Below are positions 1 to 9,384 of a stretch of DNA of 64,000 bases, piece by piece. The notes beneath the pieces are model-generated. The model did not search any database. It saw only the letters and a program-made list of their open reading frames with translations, and was not told the origin of the DNA. The number at the start of each line of letters is the position of its first letter. The stretch's first letter is position 1. The position numbers were made by a program, and so were the translations under genes. Where the stretch lies: positions 576,001 through 640,000 of the forward strand of contig JAOZFT010000004.1 in NCBI GenBank assembly GCA_027492035.1, read 5' to 3'. Source of the stretch: Thermoproteota archaeon. GTDB taxonomy: Archaea > Korarchaeota > JAOZGF01 > JAOZFZ01.

Positions 1-2
1 GT

Positions 3-1373
3 GCAAGTTACGTTGATGTCAGAATTGAAAAAGGAAACAATGGAAAAATAACTGTAAGTAATGGGAAACTGGAGAAAACAAGTTTCGGTTTTGAGTCAGG
101 AGTAGGAATAACTGTTCTTTTCAATGGAGCATGGGGCTTTTCCTCTACTTCTTCTCTAGAATGGAGTAAATTATCTAAATCTATGGTTTCAGCTTTAAAA
201 ACAGCTAAAATAATCAGTAAAAAAATTAAGGAAGAAAACAAAGCTTCCTTAGCAGATACGCCAACAATTAAAGGCAAAGATGAATACTTAGGAAGAGAAA
301 AACTTATAAACATCTCTCTAGAAGAGAAGATCTCCCTCACTTTGGATTTAGACAAAGTTATGGAAAAATTTGATGGAAGAATTAAAAACGCCACTGTAAA
401 TTATTTGGAAGGCTACGGTGAAAAATTTTTCATGAACAACGAAGGAACAGAAATAAAGGTTTTAGGTTCTCGTTGTTACTTATCTATGCAAGCAGTAGCT
501 GTTGAAAACGGTAAAGTCCAATCTTACAGGTCAAACGCAGCTAATAAGGGAGGATTTGATGGTTTAAAGGAACACGATCTTGAAAATAAAGCTTTAGAAA
601 CAGCTGAAAAAGCAATTGTTTTGTTAAAGGCTAAACCAGCCCCTTCAGGGAAATATACAGCCTTAATAGACCCTGAACTCATAGGTGTTTTTGTGCATGA
701 AGCTTTAGGACATGCTTTAGAGGCAGACTCAATAGTTTCAGGCGAATCCATACTTGCAAATAAATTAAACAAGAAAATATGTGCTGAGGAAGTGAATGTG
801 GTAGATGACTCCACACTGAACTGGTGGGGGTCAGAAAAATTTGATGATGAAGGAACCCCCACTGAGAAAAGGGTGGTGATAAAAAATGGAGTACTTAAAA
901 ATTACTTGTTAAACAGGGAAACAGCTTCAAAATTAAACCTGAAACCTAACGGCTCAGCAAGGGCTATGAATTACAGTTACAAACCAATAGTTAGGATGAG
1001 CAACACATACTTAGTTAAAGGAACCTATTCATTAGAGGAAGTATTAAATGAAATAAAAGAGGGAATCTATGTTAAGGGGAGCAGAGGAGGACAAGTTGAC
1101 ACAGCCACTGGAACTTTCCAGTTTAACGCCCAAGAAGCCTACAAAATAGAAAAAGGACAAATAACCACTCCTTTACTTGATGTTTCATTAAGCGGTTTAA
1201 CGCTGGAAACCCTAAATAAAGTAGAGGCAATCTGTAAAGATTTTAAACTGAATGTAGGTTTCTGCGGGAAAAACAGCCAATTAGTTCCTGTAGGGGATGG
1301 AGGACCACACGTAAAAGTAAGTGAAGTAGTGATTGGGGGGCGAAAACAGAAAATAAAGGGGTTTCTAAGGTGA
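3..1373 (+). CDS. tldD: TldD family metalloprotease (5' end runs off the window)
   Basis: The frame is open from base 3 (ASYVDVRIEKG...GAWGFSS), upstream of the tracked ORF at 183. Contains HEALGH (HExxGH) zinc motif, FDDEGTP, PIVRMSNT and C-terminal CGK...PVGDGGPH. Confidence 0.93.
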   Translation, partial: ASYVDVRIEKGNNGKITVSNGKLEKTSFGFESGVGITVLFNGAWGFSSTSSLEWSKLSKSMVSALKTAKIISKKIKEENKASLADTPTIKGKDEYLGREKLINISLEEKISLTLDLDKVMEKFDGRIKNATVNYLEGYGEKFFMNNEGTEIKVLGSRCYLSMQAVAVENGKVQSYRSNAANKGGFDGLKEHDLENKALETAEKAIVLLKAKPAPSGKYTALIDPELIGVFVHEALGHALEADSIVSGESILANKLNKKICAEEVNVVDDSTLNWWGSEKFDDEGTPTEKRVVIKNGVLKNYLLNRETASKLNLKPNGSARAMNYSYKPIVRMSNTYLVKGTYSLEEVLNEIKEGIYVKGSRGGQVDTATGTFQFNAQEAYKIEKGQITTPLLDVSLSGLTLETLNKVEAICKDFKLNVGFCGKNSQLVPVGDGGPHVKVSEVVIGGRKQKIKGFLR

Positions 1374-2704
1374 ATACCTTTGATTTTTTAGAGTTAGCTG
1401 TTAAAGAAGCTGAAAAAATGGGAGCTTCTGAAGCTGAAGCTTTTCGCGAGGAAGTGGATAGCTTAGAAGTAAAATTTGAAAAATTAACAATTAAAGAAAC
1501 AAAAAGAAGTTTTGTTGCAGGTTTAGGTTTAAGAGTAACTGTTGATAAACACATAGGGTTTGCTTACACTTCCCAGTTATCAAAGAAGAAAATCCTTGAA
1601 ACAGTTGATAAAGCCTTGAAAATAGCTAAACTTAAACCCAAAGATCCTAACTGGATTTCGTTACCTCAACCTAAAAAATACAGGAAAGTGAAGGATGTGT
1701 TTGATGCTGAAATAAACAATATGGAGCTTGAACAGTTAATTGATCCAACACTAACTTTGATTCAGAGCATGAAAATTAACAAGAAAATAGTTTCTGGAAG
1801 CGGCGGAATTTCTGTTAGTAAATGGGAAAAACTTATCTTAAACAGTTATGGGCTTCAAGGAAACGATAAAGGAACATCTATATTTGCTTCAGCCTTTTCC
1901 ATTTCTTCTGACAATGAAGAAACAGGTACAGGGATGGATTTCGCAACTTCAACCCGTTTCAAAAACATTAATTTTGAAGAAATCGGGAAAAATTCTTCAG
2001 AAACAGCTTTGAAACAGCTTGGTAAAAAGAAAATTGAAACCTTTGTGGGAGATATAGTTTTCCATCCGTTTGCTTTCGCAGACCTTCTTCAACAAATACT
2101 TGCGCCTGAACTTTACGGCGACAACGTCTTCAAAAAGAAAACACCATTTTATTCAAAGTTAAACCAAAAAATTTCAACTAAGAATTTTACATTGATAGAT
2201 AACGGCTTATACCCCGCAGGTTTAGGAAGTTCAAGCTTCGACGATGAAGGAACACCTACACAGGAAACAGTTCTTCTTGAAAAAGGGGTTCTGAAAGGGT
2301 TTCTTTACGATAATTACTGGGCTGGAAGGGAAAAGGTTGAAAGCACCGGAAATGCTTCAAGAAGTTATTCAGGTGAACCTTCAATTTCTTTTTCGAACTT
2401 AATCGTTAAACCTGGAAACAAAAATTTAACCGGGATATTAAGCGAAATAGAGGAGGGAATTTACGTTATTTCTTTAATAGGAACTCATACAGCTAACATT
2501 CCTTCAGGTAACTTTTCAGTAGCATCCTACATGCCTTTCAAGATAGAGGAAGGAGAAATAATGTACCCAATTAAACAGGCAATGATTTCAAGTGACACAT
2601 CAACTTTATTGAGTAAAATAGATGAAGTAGGTAAAGATTTAAAGGTGGTAGGGGGAGTTGTTACTCCACCAATTAAAGTGAAAAATGTGGCTGTTTCAGC
2701 TTAA
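1370..2704 (+). CDS. pmbA: TldE/PmbA family protein
   Basis: FDDEGTP and STGNA motifs, no HExxxH; 4-bp overlap with tldD. Confidence 0.9.
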   Translation: MNTFDFLELAVKEAEKMGASEAEAFREEVDSLEVKFEKLTIKETKRSFVAGLGLRVTVDKHIGFAYTSQLSKKKILETVDKALKIAKLKPKDPNWISLPQPKKYRKVKDVFDAEINNMELEQLIDPTLTLIQSMKINKKIVSGSGGISVSKWEKLILNSYGLQGNDKGTSIFASAFSISSDNEETGTGMDFATSTRFKNINFEEIGKNSSETALKQLGKKKIETFVGDIVFHPFAFADLLQQILAPELYGDNVFKKKTPFYSKLNQKISTKNFTLIDNGLYPAGLGSSSFDDEGTPTQETVLLEKGVLKGFLYDNYWAGREKVESTGNASRSYSGEPSISFSNLIVKPGNKNLTGILSEIEEGIYVISLIGTHTANIPSGNFSVASYMPFKIEEGEIMYPIKQAMISSDTSTLLSKIDEVGKDLKVVGGVVTPPIKVKNVAVSA

Positions 2705-3712
2705 CTTTATTATTTCCCTTATTTCCTCCCTAACCCTCCCAACATATTCTTTCCATTCATACTTTCTAGATGGAAGAATAAATTCTCTTCTTGTTTCAAA
2801 TAATTTCCCATACTTAGTAAGTACTGAAATGTTTCTTTCAACTTGTTCAAACAGTTTTCTTGGTAAAACTGCACGTCTAGCCCTGTACAAGTAATCAATT
2901 CTTTTCTTGAAAAGGGAGATGTCAAGTTTTAATTTTAACAACTGGCCTAAATCGTAAAGGTCACAAAGGTGATCTCTTAAACTTAACTCTAAAGGTTTCC
3001 CAAGCCTAGATATTTTTTCAGCTATACAGTACTCAGGAGGAAAAACAAGTCCTTTAGCTTTCAAAACAGGTTTTTCGATTTTCTCTAAAATTGAAGGTAT
3101 CACTTTAGACTTAAAACTTTCAATAGGTTCTTTTTCATTAATTGAAACAGTTAACCTAACATAATCTAGTGAAGGAAGGAAGCCTAGTTCCTTTTTCATT
3201 CTCAGGAAATACATTGTTAACTTGTCTATTTCTTCCCCCCTTCTCAAAACATACCTTGGCAAGGAAACACCTACTGAATAAGTTGACATGAGTCTCCTGA
3301 GAGATAATAAATCAATAAAAACGTTTTTTTCAGCATCTATTTCGAAAAAGCCTAAATTAACTTTCACTTCATTACAAACCAGCTCATATGTTCCCCCCAA
3401 CTGTTCAATACACTTATTCAGTTTATCTAAACTATATCCCTTCTTACTTGAAAGGTTTGAAACTAAGTCTATGTCCCAACTGAACCTTGGAATTTCAGAA
3501 TACAAACGAGAAATCAATGTGCCACCCTTTAAACAAACAGGCACAGGTGAACACCTTAGTATTTGCGTTAAGGTGTCGTAAAAAATTATTTCTCGTTCAA
3601 CAACGCTTCTTGGAAGTTTCAGTTTCACCGCTAGTTGATCTATTTCTTCCAACCTAAGAATTTTTTTTCTCCAGGATTTAACTGCCCAATACATGCTGAA
3701 CAGCTTCTTCAA
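2696..3712 (-). CDS. AbiEii/AbiGii-like nucleotidyltransferase toxin (type IV TA)
   Basis: LKGGT...PRFSWDIDL Pol-beta NTase motif, AEKI and RDHLCDLYDL C-terminal motifs. Confidence 0.8.
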   Translation of the reverse strand: MKKLFSMYWAVKSWRKKILRLEEIDQLAVKLKLPRSVVEREIIFYDTLTQILRCSPVPVCLKGGTLISRLYSEIPRFSWDIDLVSNLSSKKGYSLDKLNKCIEQLGGTYELVCNEVKVNLGFFEIDAEKNVFIDLLSLRRLMSTYSVGVSLPRYVLRRGEEIDKLTMYFLRMKKELGFLPSLDYVRLTVSINEKEPIESFKSKVIPSILEKIEKPVLKAKGLVFPPEYCIAEKISRLGKPLELSLRDHLCDLYDLGQLLKLKLDISLFKKRIDYLYRARRAVLPRKLFEQVERNISVLTKYGKLFETRREFILPSRKYEWKEYVGRVREEIREIIKLS

Positions 3713-4478
3713 TCATCAACAAAACTTTTCTAGGCAACTTAACTTTTCCCTTCCCCTCAACAACCCCTGCTGTAGTCAATATAGCATTAAGAATATTTAA
3801 TGTATTCTTTGCTGAATATCTCTCCTTAGCAATTTTTAACACATCCTTTATTTCCACTATGGGGGAAAGCAGCAACTCAACAACGTCATCCAGTTTATCA
3901 ACCAAGTCTACCCTTCTCAAGACATCAATTATGGCTTTTTCAACAGTTGCAACTGGGGCTTGTCCACTCCACCCTCTAAAACTGACTTCTATTTCGTCGT
4001 AATCTTCAGGAAAAATTTTTTCTTCTTCAATAATAACTTTTACTGGTGAATAGGCGGATAAAGGGCCTCTTACCTTCACTATTCCCCTGTCCCCAATTAA
4101 ATGAAGCATATTCGGCTCCATAGTGAGATCTCTAGTTAACCCTCTAACTATAATTGCTGTTTCTCCTGTTAAATAATACTGGCCGAAACTTGAAAGAACA
4201 CTGAATATGTCCTTGAGTACCATAGTTTTCCTTTCAGTATTGAAAAGGTTCTCCAACACTTTAAAGTATGGGCTTAATAAATTTATTCCAATGGTCCTAG
4301 CTGCAGGGTTGTAAACAACAACTCCTTTCATTTCCGTTATTTGGGCATAGACTGTTGAAGGGGAACAGCCTGCCCTTTTAGCTAGTTCAGTGACCGTGAA
4401 ACTTTTTTCAGGGTTTAAAGCCAAAATCCTCAATACAGAAATTTTACAGCTTGACCCTAAAAATGTTTCAAGAAACAT
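3678..4478 (-). CDS. AbiEi-like antitoxin, N-terminal winged HTH
   Basis: N-terminal HTH (FTVTELAKRAGCSPSTVY), YLTGETA and ATVEKAIID motifs typical of AbiEi C-terminal domains; overlaps the toxin gene. Confidence 0.7.
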   Translation of the reverse strand: MFLETFLGSSCKISVLRILALNPEKSFTVTELAKRAGCSPSTVYAQITEMKGVVVYNPAARTIGINLLSPYFKVLENLFNTERKTMVLKDIFSVLSSFGQYYLTGETAIIVRGLTRDLTMEPNMLHLIGDRGIVKVRGPLSAYSPVKVIIEEEKIFPEDYDEIEVSFRGWSGQAPVATVEKAIIDVLRRVDLVDKLDDVVELLLSPIVEIKDVLKIAKERYSAKNTLNILNAILTTAGVVEGKGKVKLPRKVLLMIEEAVQHVLGS

Positions 4479-4487
4479 TTCTATCCC

Positions 4488-4527
4488 TTTTCGAAAAACT
4501 AAATAATTCTATTCGAAAAAACGAATA
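4488..4527. promoter_or_regulatory. Tandem imperfect inverted-repeat operator upstream of the antitoxin
   Basis: TTTTCG-AAAAAC-TAAATA (4488-4505) and TATTCG-AAAAAA-CGAATA (4510-4527), 22 bp apart, directly upstream of the antitoxin start. Confidence 0.55.
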
Positions 4528-4674
4528 AAAACTTACCTTTTTCAAAAACAATTTTACTCTTCAACCTTTTAAAACTGTGTAGGAAAAATATATAGAAGAA
4601 AAGGAAGAAGTGACAGGAATTTAAGTAATGGATTTAACACTTTGTTTCGCGGATTCCCTGAATTACAATAGTTT

Positions 4675-5238
4675 TTAACCTACTGCTTTCTTCTCTAAAA
4701 TTTCTAATCCTTCTTTGAATCCACTTGCAACTATTAAGTTTCCTTCCTCTATCTTTTCTTTACCGGAAGGGTTGTATATCCATCTTTTACCCTTCTTAAC
4801 AGCTATAATATGAACCCCTATCCTATCTTCTAGTTTCAATTCATTTATTGTTTTACCTACTAAAGTACTTCTTTTATTGATAGGGGTCAATGTAATAGAG
4901 TCTTCAGCTTCTTCAACAGCCATTTTAATTACTGGATGTGAAGCTATTCCTTTATCCACTACTTCAGCTATAGATGCTGCAGCATCTGACAATTTTTCAG
5001 CTAAAAAACCAAGTCTAAGTAAACCTACAATTTCTTTCTCTTCCCCCCTTTTGTTTTTCATTGAAATTACTTGTTGTTCAAATCTTGTCCTTAATTCGTC
5101 CATGTCTTCTTCAAGAATTAAAACTTCTTCAGCTATGTCTTTATTTCCGTAAATTAAGGCTGTGTAAGCTAAATCCATCATAACTCTTGAGGTGTCAATT
5201 AATTTAACAAGTAACTTTTTCACTTCTCCATTACTCAT
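4675..5238 (-). CDS. PhoU domain + TrkA-C (RCK_C) domain protein
   Basis: MMDLAYTAL...AEKLSDAA PhoU-like helices followed by LVGKTINELKL...IIAVKKGKRWIYNP TrkA-C domain. Confidence 0.85.
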   Translation of the reverse strand: MSNGEVKKLLVKLIDTSRVMMDLAYTALIYGNKDIAEEVLILEEDMDELRTRFEQQVISMKNKRGEEKEIVGLLRLGFLAEKLSDAAASIAEVVDKGIASHPVIKMAVEEAEDSITLTPINKRSTLVGKTINELKLEDRIGVHIIAVKKGKRWIYNPSGKEKIEEGNLIVASGFKEGLEILEKKAVG

Positions 5239-5873
5239 TTTGTTGCAGGCACCTCTTGAATGACGCCCGTAGCTAGTTTCGAAAAAGTTTCAATTCCCCC
5301 TTTTGAACCCTTAAAAACAATTAAATCTCCAGTGTAAAGGGTTTCATCATTTGAAGGGTCAAATATCCATTTATGTTTCCTTCTTATAGCTATTATGTCA
5401 ACCCCAATTTTTATGTCCAGTTTAAGTTCCCCTATTTTCTTGCCTGAAAGCACAGAGTTACTGGAAACCTTTACTCCAGAATATTTCTCCTTTACTTCAT
5501 TTAGTGCCTCTCTAGCTAAAGGATGCCCACCCATGTTTTCCCATACAATATGGGCGAAATCAGGTGCTACACTTGCTATTTCATCCACTGCTGAACCAAC
5601 TTTTATTACGCCCACTATTCTTTCAGCGTCTTCAGCATCCCTTGCAGCCAAAGTGGCTTGCATCCATAACTGGTAAACTAAATCATCAATTTCATCCCTG
5701 ATTTCAATAAGTTCATCAGCTAAATCTTTGTCGTTAAAGAGAACAGCTGTGAAACCAAGGTCAACGAGGTATTCACTTAAGTCCTTCATTCTTCTTAAGG
5801 AGTCAAGGATTGAAATAGGTTTATAATAAATTTTTTCCTCTTCTTGCGTCAAAGGGTGAAATCCCCTCCACAA
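5235..5873 (-). CDS. PhoU domain + TrkA-C domain protein (paralogue)
   Basis: MKDLSEYLVDLGF... and LSGKKIGEL...DIIAIRRKHKWIFDP; same architecture as the neighbour. Confidence 0.85.
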   Translation of the reverse strand: MWRGFHPLTQEEEKIYYKPISILDSLRRMKDLSEYLVDLGFTAVLFNDKDLADELIEIRDEIDDLVYQLWMQATLAARDAEDAERIVGVIKVGSAVDEIASVAPDFAHIVWENMGGHPLAREALNEVKEKYSGVKVSSNSVLSGKKIGELKLDIKIGVDIIAIRRKHKWIFDPSNDETLYTGDLIVFKGSKGGIETFSKLATGVIQEVPATK

Positions 5874-5959
5874 TAAATTATTTTCTTCCTTTCTCCTCTT
5901 TTAAAATTTTTCGTTCACTCTTCTCAATGAAACATTTCAGAAACCTTCCCTTTAAAAAC

Positions 5960-6523
5960 TCAATAAGCCAAAGTTAAGGAAAGAGAATACAGAAGTATAG
6001 ATGTACTTATTAAGTCCCCAACGGTGGTTGTAACTGGGGGAGTGAAGTTGTCAGGGTCAATTCCCCTACTGAAAACCAAGTAAGAAATAACTAAACCAAC
6101 AGCAATCATTAAAAAAGTGGATAGAACCCCTGAAAACAATATTGAAAAAAAAAGTCTTAAGAAGTTGAAAGAAGTTGAAGCAAAAAAGGTGAAAGCTACA
6201 GTTACTCCAGAAATAAAACTGAAACCTATAAATGAAACACTTAAAACAGCGAAAATATTTGTAACCCATAAAGTTAAGGGCCTAAAGTTCATGCTTAATT
6301 GTCCAGTATGTAACAAACTTGTAATTTTGCTACAAAAAACATCAGCTAAATCCCCGGCCATGTTCATGAAAGCAGGCAAAACAATAAACAAACTGGGAAC
6401 CCTCAAAAAAATATCTCTCCCAACAACCTCCAAACGGCTCCCAGTTAATAAACTGAAAACTAAAACTGATAATAAAACGGGTAAACTCTCCCTAACAATC
6501 CTTCCTTTACTGTAAATAGGCAT
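5960..6523 (-). CDS. MgtE integral-membrane domain divalent cation transporter (half)
   Basis: Hydrophobic; GIDPDNFTPPVTTTVGD motif. Confidence 0.85.
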   Translation of the reverse strand: MPIYSKGRIVRESLPVLLSVLVFSLLTGSRLEVVGRDIFLRVPSLFIVLPAFMNMAGDLADVFCSKITSLLHTGQLSMNFRPLTLWVTNIFAVLSVSFIGFSFISGVTVAFTFFASTSFNFLRLFFSILFSGVLSTFLMIAVGLVISYLVFSRGIDPDNFTPPVTTTVGDLISTSILLYSLSLTLAY

Positions 6524-6545
6524 TTTCTAACTCCTCCCACATCCA

Positions 6546-7121
6546 CTAAACCAAAAAATTAATGGTTAAACTCGAAACCAAAATTAAGTAAAAAACAGTT
6601 AACAAATCCCCAATTGTTGCAACAATCGGTATAGTGACATTATCAGGGTCAAACCCCTTGTAAGAGAAGTAAAGAGAAATAGTAACTGTCAAAAAAATCT
6701 GTGTTAAACAGGAAAGAATGGTAGTGGCTAAAGAAATAATTAAAAGCCAAAAAAGTCCAATGTTTACGATGCGGAAGAAAAACATAAACCCGTAACAAAG
6801 GAAAACATAAACAGAATTAACCATTAGACTTAAAAAAAAAGTAGCGTAAATATTTTCCCTCAATTCCTCATTTACTTTATCTTCCCAGCTAATAAGCCCC
6901 AGATGAATAGCTGAACCTAATCTTTGAGCAAGACTGGTGGAAATATTTCCTCTGCTCTCCATTAAACCTGGAAGCAGGAACAAAATCCCAGGCAAAAAAG
7001 AAAGGGTTCTGTTCATACTCACAAGAATGTTCCCAGCTGCAAGCTCAGCTAAAGCAGTAAAAATTATGAAGGGGGTAGCCTCAAAAACTGTTCTCTTAAA
7101 ACTCCCCAAGTAACCCTTCAT
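6546..7121 (-). CDS. MgtE integral-membrane domain divalent cation transporter (half)
   Basis: PGLMESRGNI...RLGSAIHLG and GFDPDNVTIPIVATIGD motifs. Confidence 0.87.
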   Translation of the reverse strand: MKGYLGSFKRTVFEATPFIIFTALAELAAGNILVSMNRTLSFLPGILFLLPGLMESRGNISTSLAQRLGSAIHLGLISWEDKVNEELRENIYATFFLSLMVNSVYVFLCYGFMFFFRIVNIGLFWLLIISLATTILSCLTQIFLTVTISLYFSYKGFDPDNVTIPIVATIGDLLTVFYLILVSSLTINFLV

Positions 7122-7234
7122 CCCCGTTCACCTTCCACTGAACCTAAAAATTAAAAAAAGTAATGAGGTATTATTTTAAAAATTTTTCAATGTCCACGTA
7201 AAAAGGAACCTTTTTGAATAAAGCTTTTTACCTT

Positions 7235-7247
7235 TCTCTTTAAGAGA
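7235..7247. promoter_or_regulatory. 13-bp 5-3-5 palindrome upstream of the Lrp gene (possible FFRP operator)
   Basis: TCTCT-TTA-AGAGA in the divergent mgtE/lrp promoter region. Confidence 0.3.
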
Positions 7248-7291
7248 TCCTCAACAACCCCTCCTTTCAAGAAAAAAGGGTTGATGTAGGT

Positions 7292-7777
7292 TTGGATGAA
7301 TTAGATAAAAAAATACTGCATGAAATGAATAAAAATGCCAGGGTGCCCGTAGCTGCGCTAGCTAAAAAACTGAAAAAACCAAGAACAACCATTGCCAACC
7401 GAATCCTAAGCCTAGAAAAACAAAAAATAATAAAGGGGTACAAACTAAACCTAGATTTCAACAAATTAGGCTACAACTTCACAGCATACATTCTAATGAG
7501 AGTTAAAAGAAGAAAACCTGAAGAAGGAATCTCAAACCAAGTTATTTTGGCAAGAAAAATACTGAAAGACACTTCCCAAAACAATCAACTCCCCCTGATT
7601 GAAGACGCAAAAATCATCACAGGACCATACGACATATTACTAAAAATAAGGGTTAGGAAATGGGAGGATTTAACAAACTTCCTAATAGTATATCTACCAA
7701 AACATGGAGAAATAGAGCACACAGAAACCATGATGGTGCTTTTCGACGTGGCAGATAGGAACCAAATAAAAATTTAG
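7292..7777 (+). CDS. Lrp/AsnC family transcriptional regulator
   Basis: MDELDKKIL...NARVPVAALAKKL HTH; ITGPYDILLKI RAM domain. Confidence 0.92.
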   Translation: MDELDKKILHEMNKNARVPVAALAKKLKKPRTTIANRILSLEKQKIIKGYKLNLDFNKLGYNFTAYILMRVKRRKPEEGISNQVILARKILKDTSQNNQLPLIEDAKIITGPYDILLKIRVRKWEDLTNFLIVYLPKHGEIEHTETMMVLFDVADRNQIKI

Positions 7778-7832
7778 AAGGAATCCCTTTCCCAAAACTT
7801 AAAAAATCTGAAAAAAAAGGGGAAGAAAAGCA

Positions 7833-8663
7833 ATGTGGCAAATAATTGAATGGTTATCTTCAGCGAGAATATCCGTTACACTTCTCCTACTTCTCACCGC
7901 CTCACTTCAAGACGTAAAAGAAAGAGAAGTTTCAGATAAAATCTGGGTCTCTGGAATACTTGCAGGCTTAATCATTGATGTAATAGATTTTATTTCCTTC
8001 CCAGACATAACTCTTTTAACAACAATTACCCTTTCATTCTCCGCAATGTTCCTACTCTCCCTTTTAACTTTTTATTTAGGCTTCTTCGGCGGAGCAGATT
8101 CAAAAGCACTAATAACCATTGCTTTATTGAACCCATACCACCCAATTCCGTCGCTGCAAAACAAAACATTACCAATTTTCACTTTATCAGTTTTCTTAAA
8201 CAGTTTACTTGTTTCAATGACAGTCCCCCTTGCACTTTTCCTCAAAAACTTCACAGAAATAGTTAAAGGGAAAAAATTATTTGAAAATTTAGAAAAAACA
8301 AAACTATACACGTTAAAAAAAACCCTTCTAATGTTTACAGGCTACAAAACGAAAATCACAGAATTAAACAGCAAAAAATTCGTCTTTCCACTTGAAGAAA
8401 TCAAAATAAAAAGCTCCATAAACCAAGAAGGAATAGAGAAAAAAGAGGTGGAAAGAAAAATTAAATTTCTCCCGGAAATGAACAAAGAAAACCAAGAAGA
8501 AAACTATTTAAACCTTAAAAAAATGGTTAAAGAAGGGGAGATAAAAAATCAAATATGGGTTTCTCCAGGTTTACCCTTCATCCTCTTCCTATTGACAGGT
8601 TACATACTAACTCTAGTCTTAGGTGACATACTAACAAAAACAATATTGTCACTAAACACTTAA
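7833..8663 (+). CDS. pibD: Prepilin/prearchaellin peptidase (A24, PibD/FlaK-like)
   Basis: ASLQDVKEREV, FGGADSKAL catalytic Asp motifs, C-terminal WVSPGLPFI. Confidence 0.88.
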   Translation: MWQIIEWLSSARISVTLLLLLTASLQDVKEREVSDKIWVSGILAGLIIDVIDFISFPDITLLTTITLSFSAMFLLSLLTFYLGFFGGADSKALITIALLNPYHPIPSLQNKTLPIFTLSVFLNSLLVSMTVPLALFLKNFTEIVKGKKLFENLEKTKLYTLKKTLLMFTGYKTKITELNSKKFVFPLEEIKIKSSINQEGIEKKEVERKIKFLPEMNKENQEENYLNLKKMVKEGEIKNQIWVSPGLPFILFLLTGYILTLVLGDILTKTILSLNT

Positions 8664-8866
8664 CATTTCCACTTAGCATTCCTCACCTAAGCTGCGTAGA
8701 CACAAAAAAATATTTAGAACATTAAATAAAAACATAACCTTAACTTCCAAAATAAAAAGATAAATTTAAAAACTTTAAATTTATCATCCAAAACATTTTT
8801 TTCAAAAAAAGGTTCTCAACTAAAATCCCCCTTCTCATAAAAAGGAGGAAAACGGAGGACGGTTCT

Positions 8867-9349
8867 TTGCTGCATCTCTTCAACTACAAAAAAAAATTTA
8901 GAAAAGAGAAGGCAACCTCAACCCCGGTTACAACAATCATTCTAGTGGTGATAGGGATAAGTTTAGCTTTAACGTTGGCGTTAATAGCCTCAAACATTTT
9001 CACTACAAACTCGCAAATAGAGAAAGTTCAGGTAACAAATTTAGGATGTTACGAAAACCAAAAAAACCTAACAATAAAGTTTGAAATCTCCAATAAAGGA
9101 AGCGCAGCAGCCACAATAACCTCCATACTAGTAAATGGAAAACCAGCTGAAAACTTCTTCGACTACTTCAACAAAACAACCCAGAAAAAATTCAAAAAAA
9201 TACACTTAAACCCAGGAGAAACAAAAAAATATACTCTAATAGATAGCTTCCTCAACTCAACTGAAAGAAAAATAAAAAGAGGAGTAACTTATCAAATAAT
9301 TTTTCAAACAGCTAAAGGAAACAGTTACATTGAACAAGTAACTACTTAA
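8867..9349 (+). CDS. Archaeal type IV pilin-like protein (divergent, likely minor pilin)
   Basis: Basic N-terminus KKKFRKEKA followed by a hydrophobic helix; NKGS...ILVNG and GVTYQIIFQTAKGNSY shared with the other pilins. Confidence 0.75.
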   Translation: MLHLFNYKKKFRKEKATSTPVTTIILVVIGISLALTLALIASNIFTTNSQIEKVQVTNLGCYENQKNLTIKFEISNKGSAAATITSILVNGKPAENFFDYFNKTTQKKFKKIHLNPGETKKYTLIDSFLNSTERKIKRGVTYQIIFQTAKGNSYIEQVTT

Positions 9350-9384
9350 TTGCAGAAACAAGTCCTGCCGAGAAAGATAAAAAA

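Noticed and set aside
1-2704. TldD/TldE as leader peptidase of the putative radical SAM system
   Set aside because: tldD/E are widespread in archaea and lie far from both candidate genes; nothing here links them.
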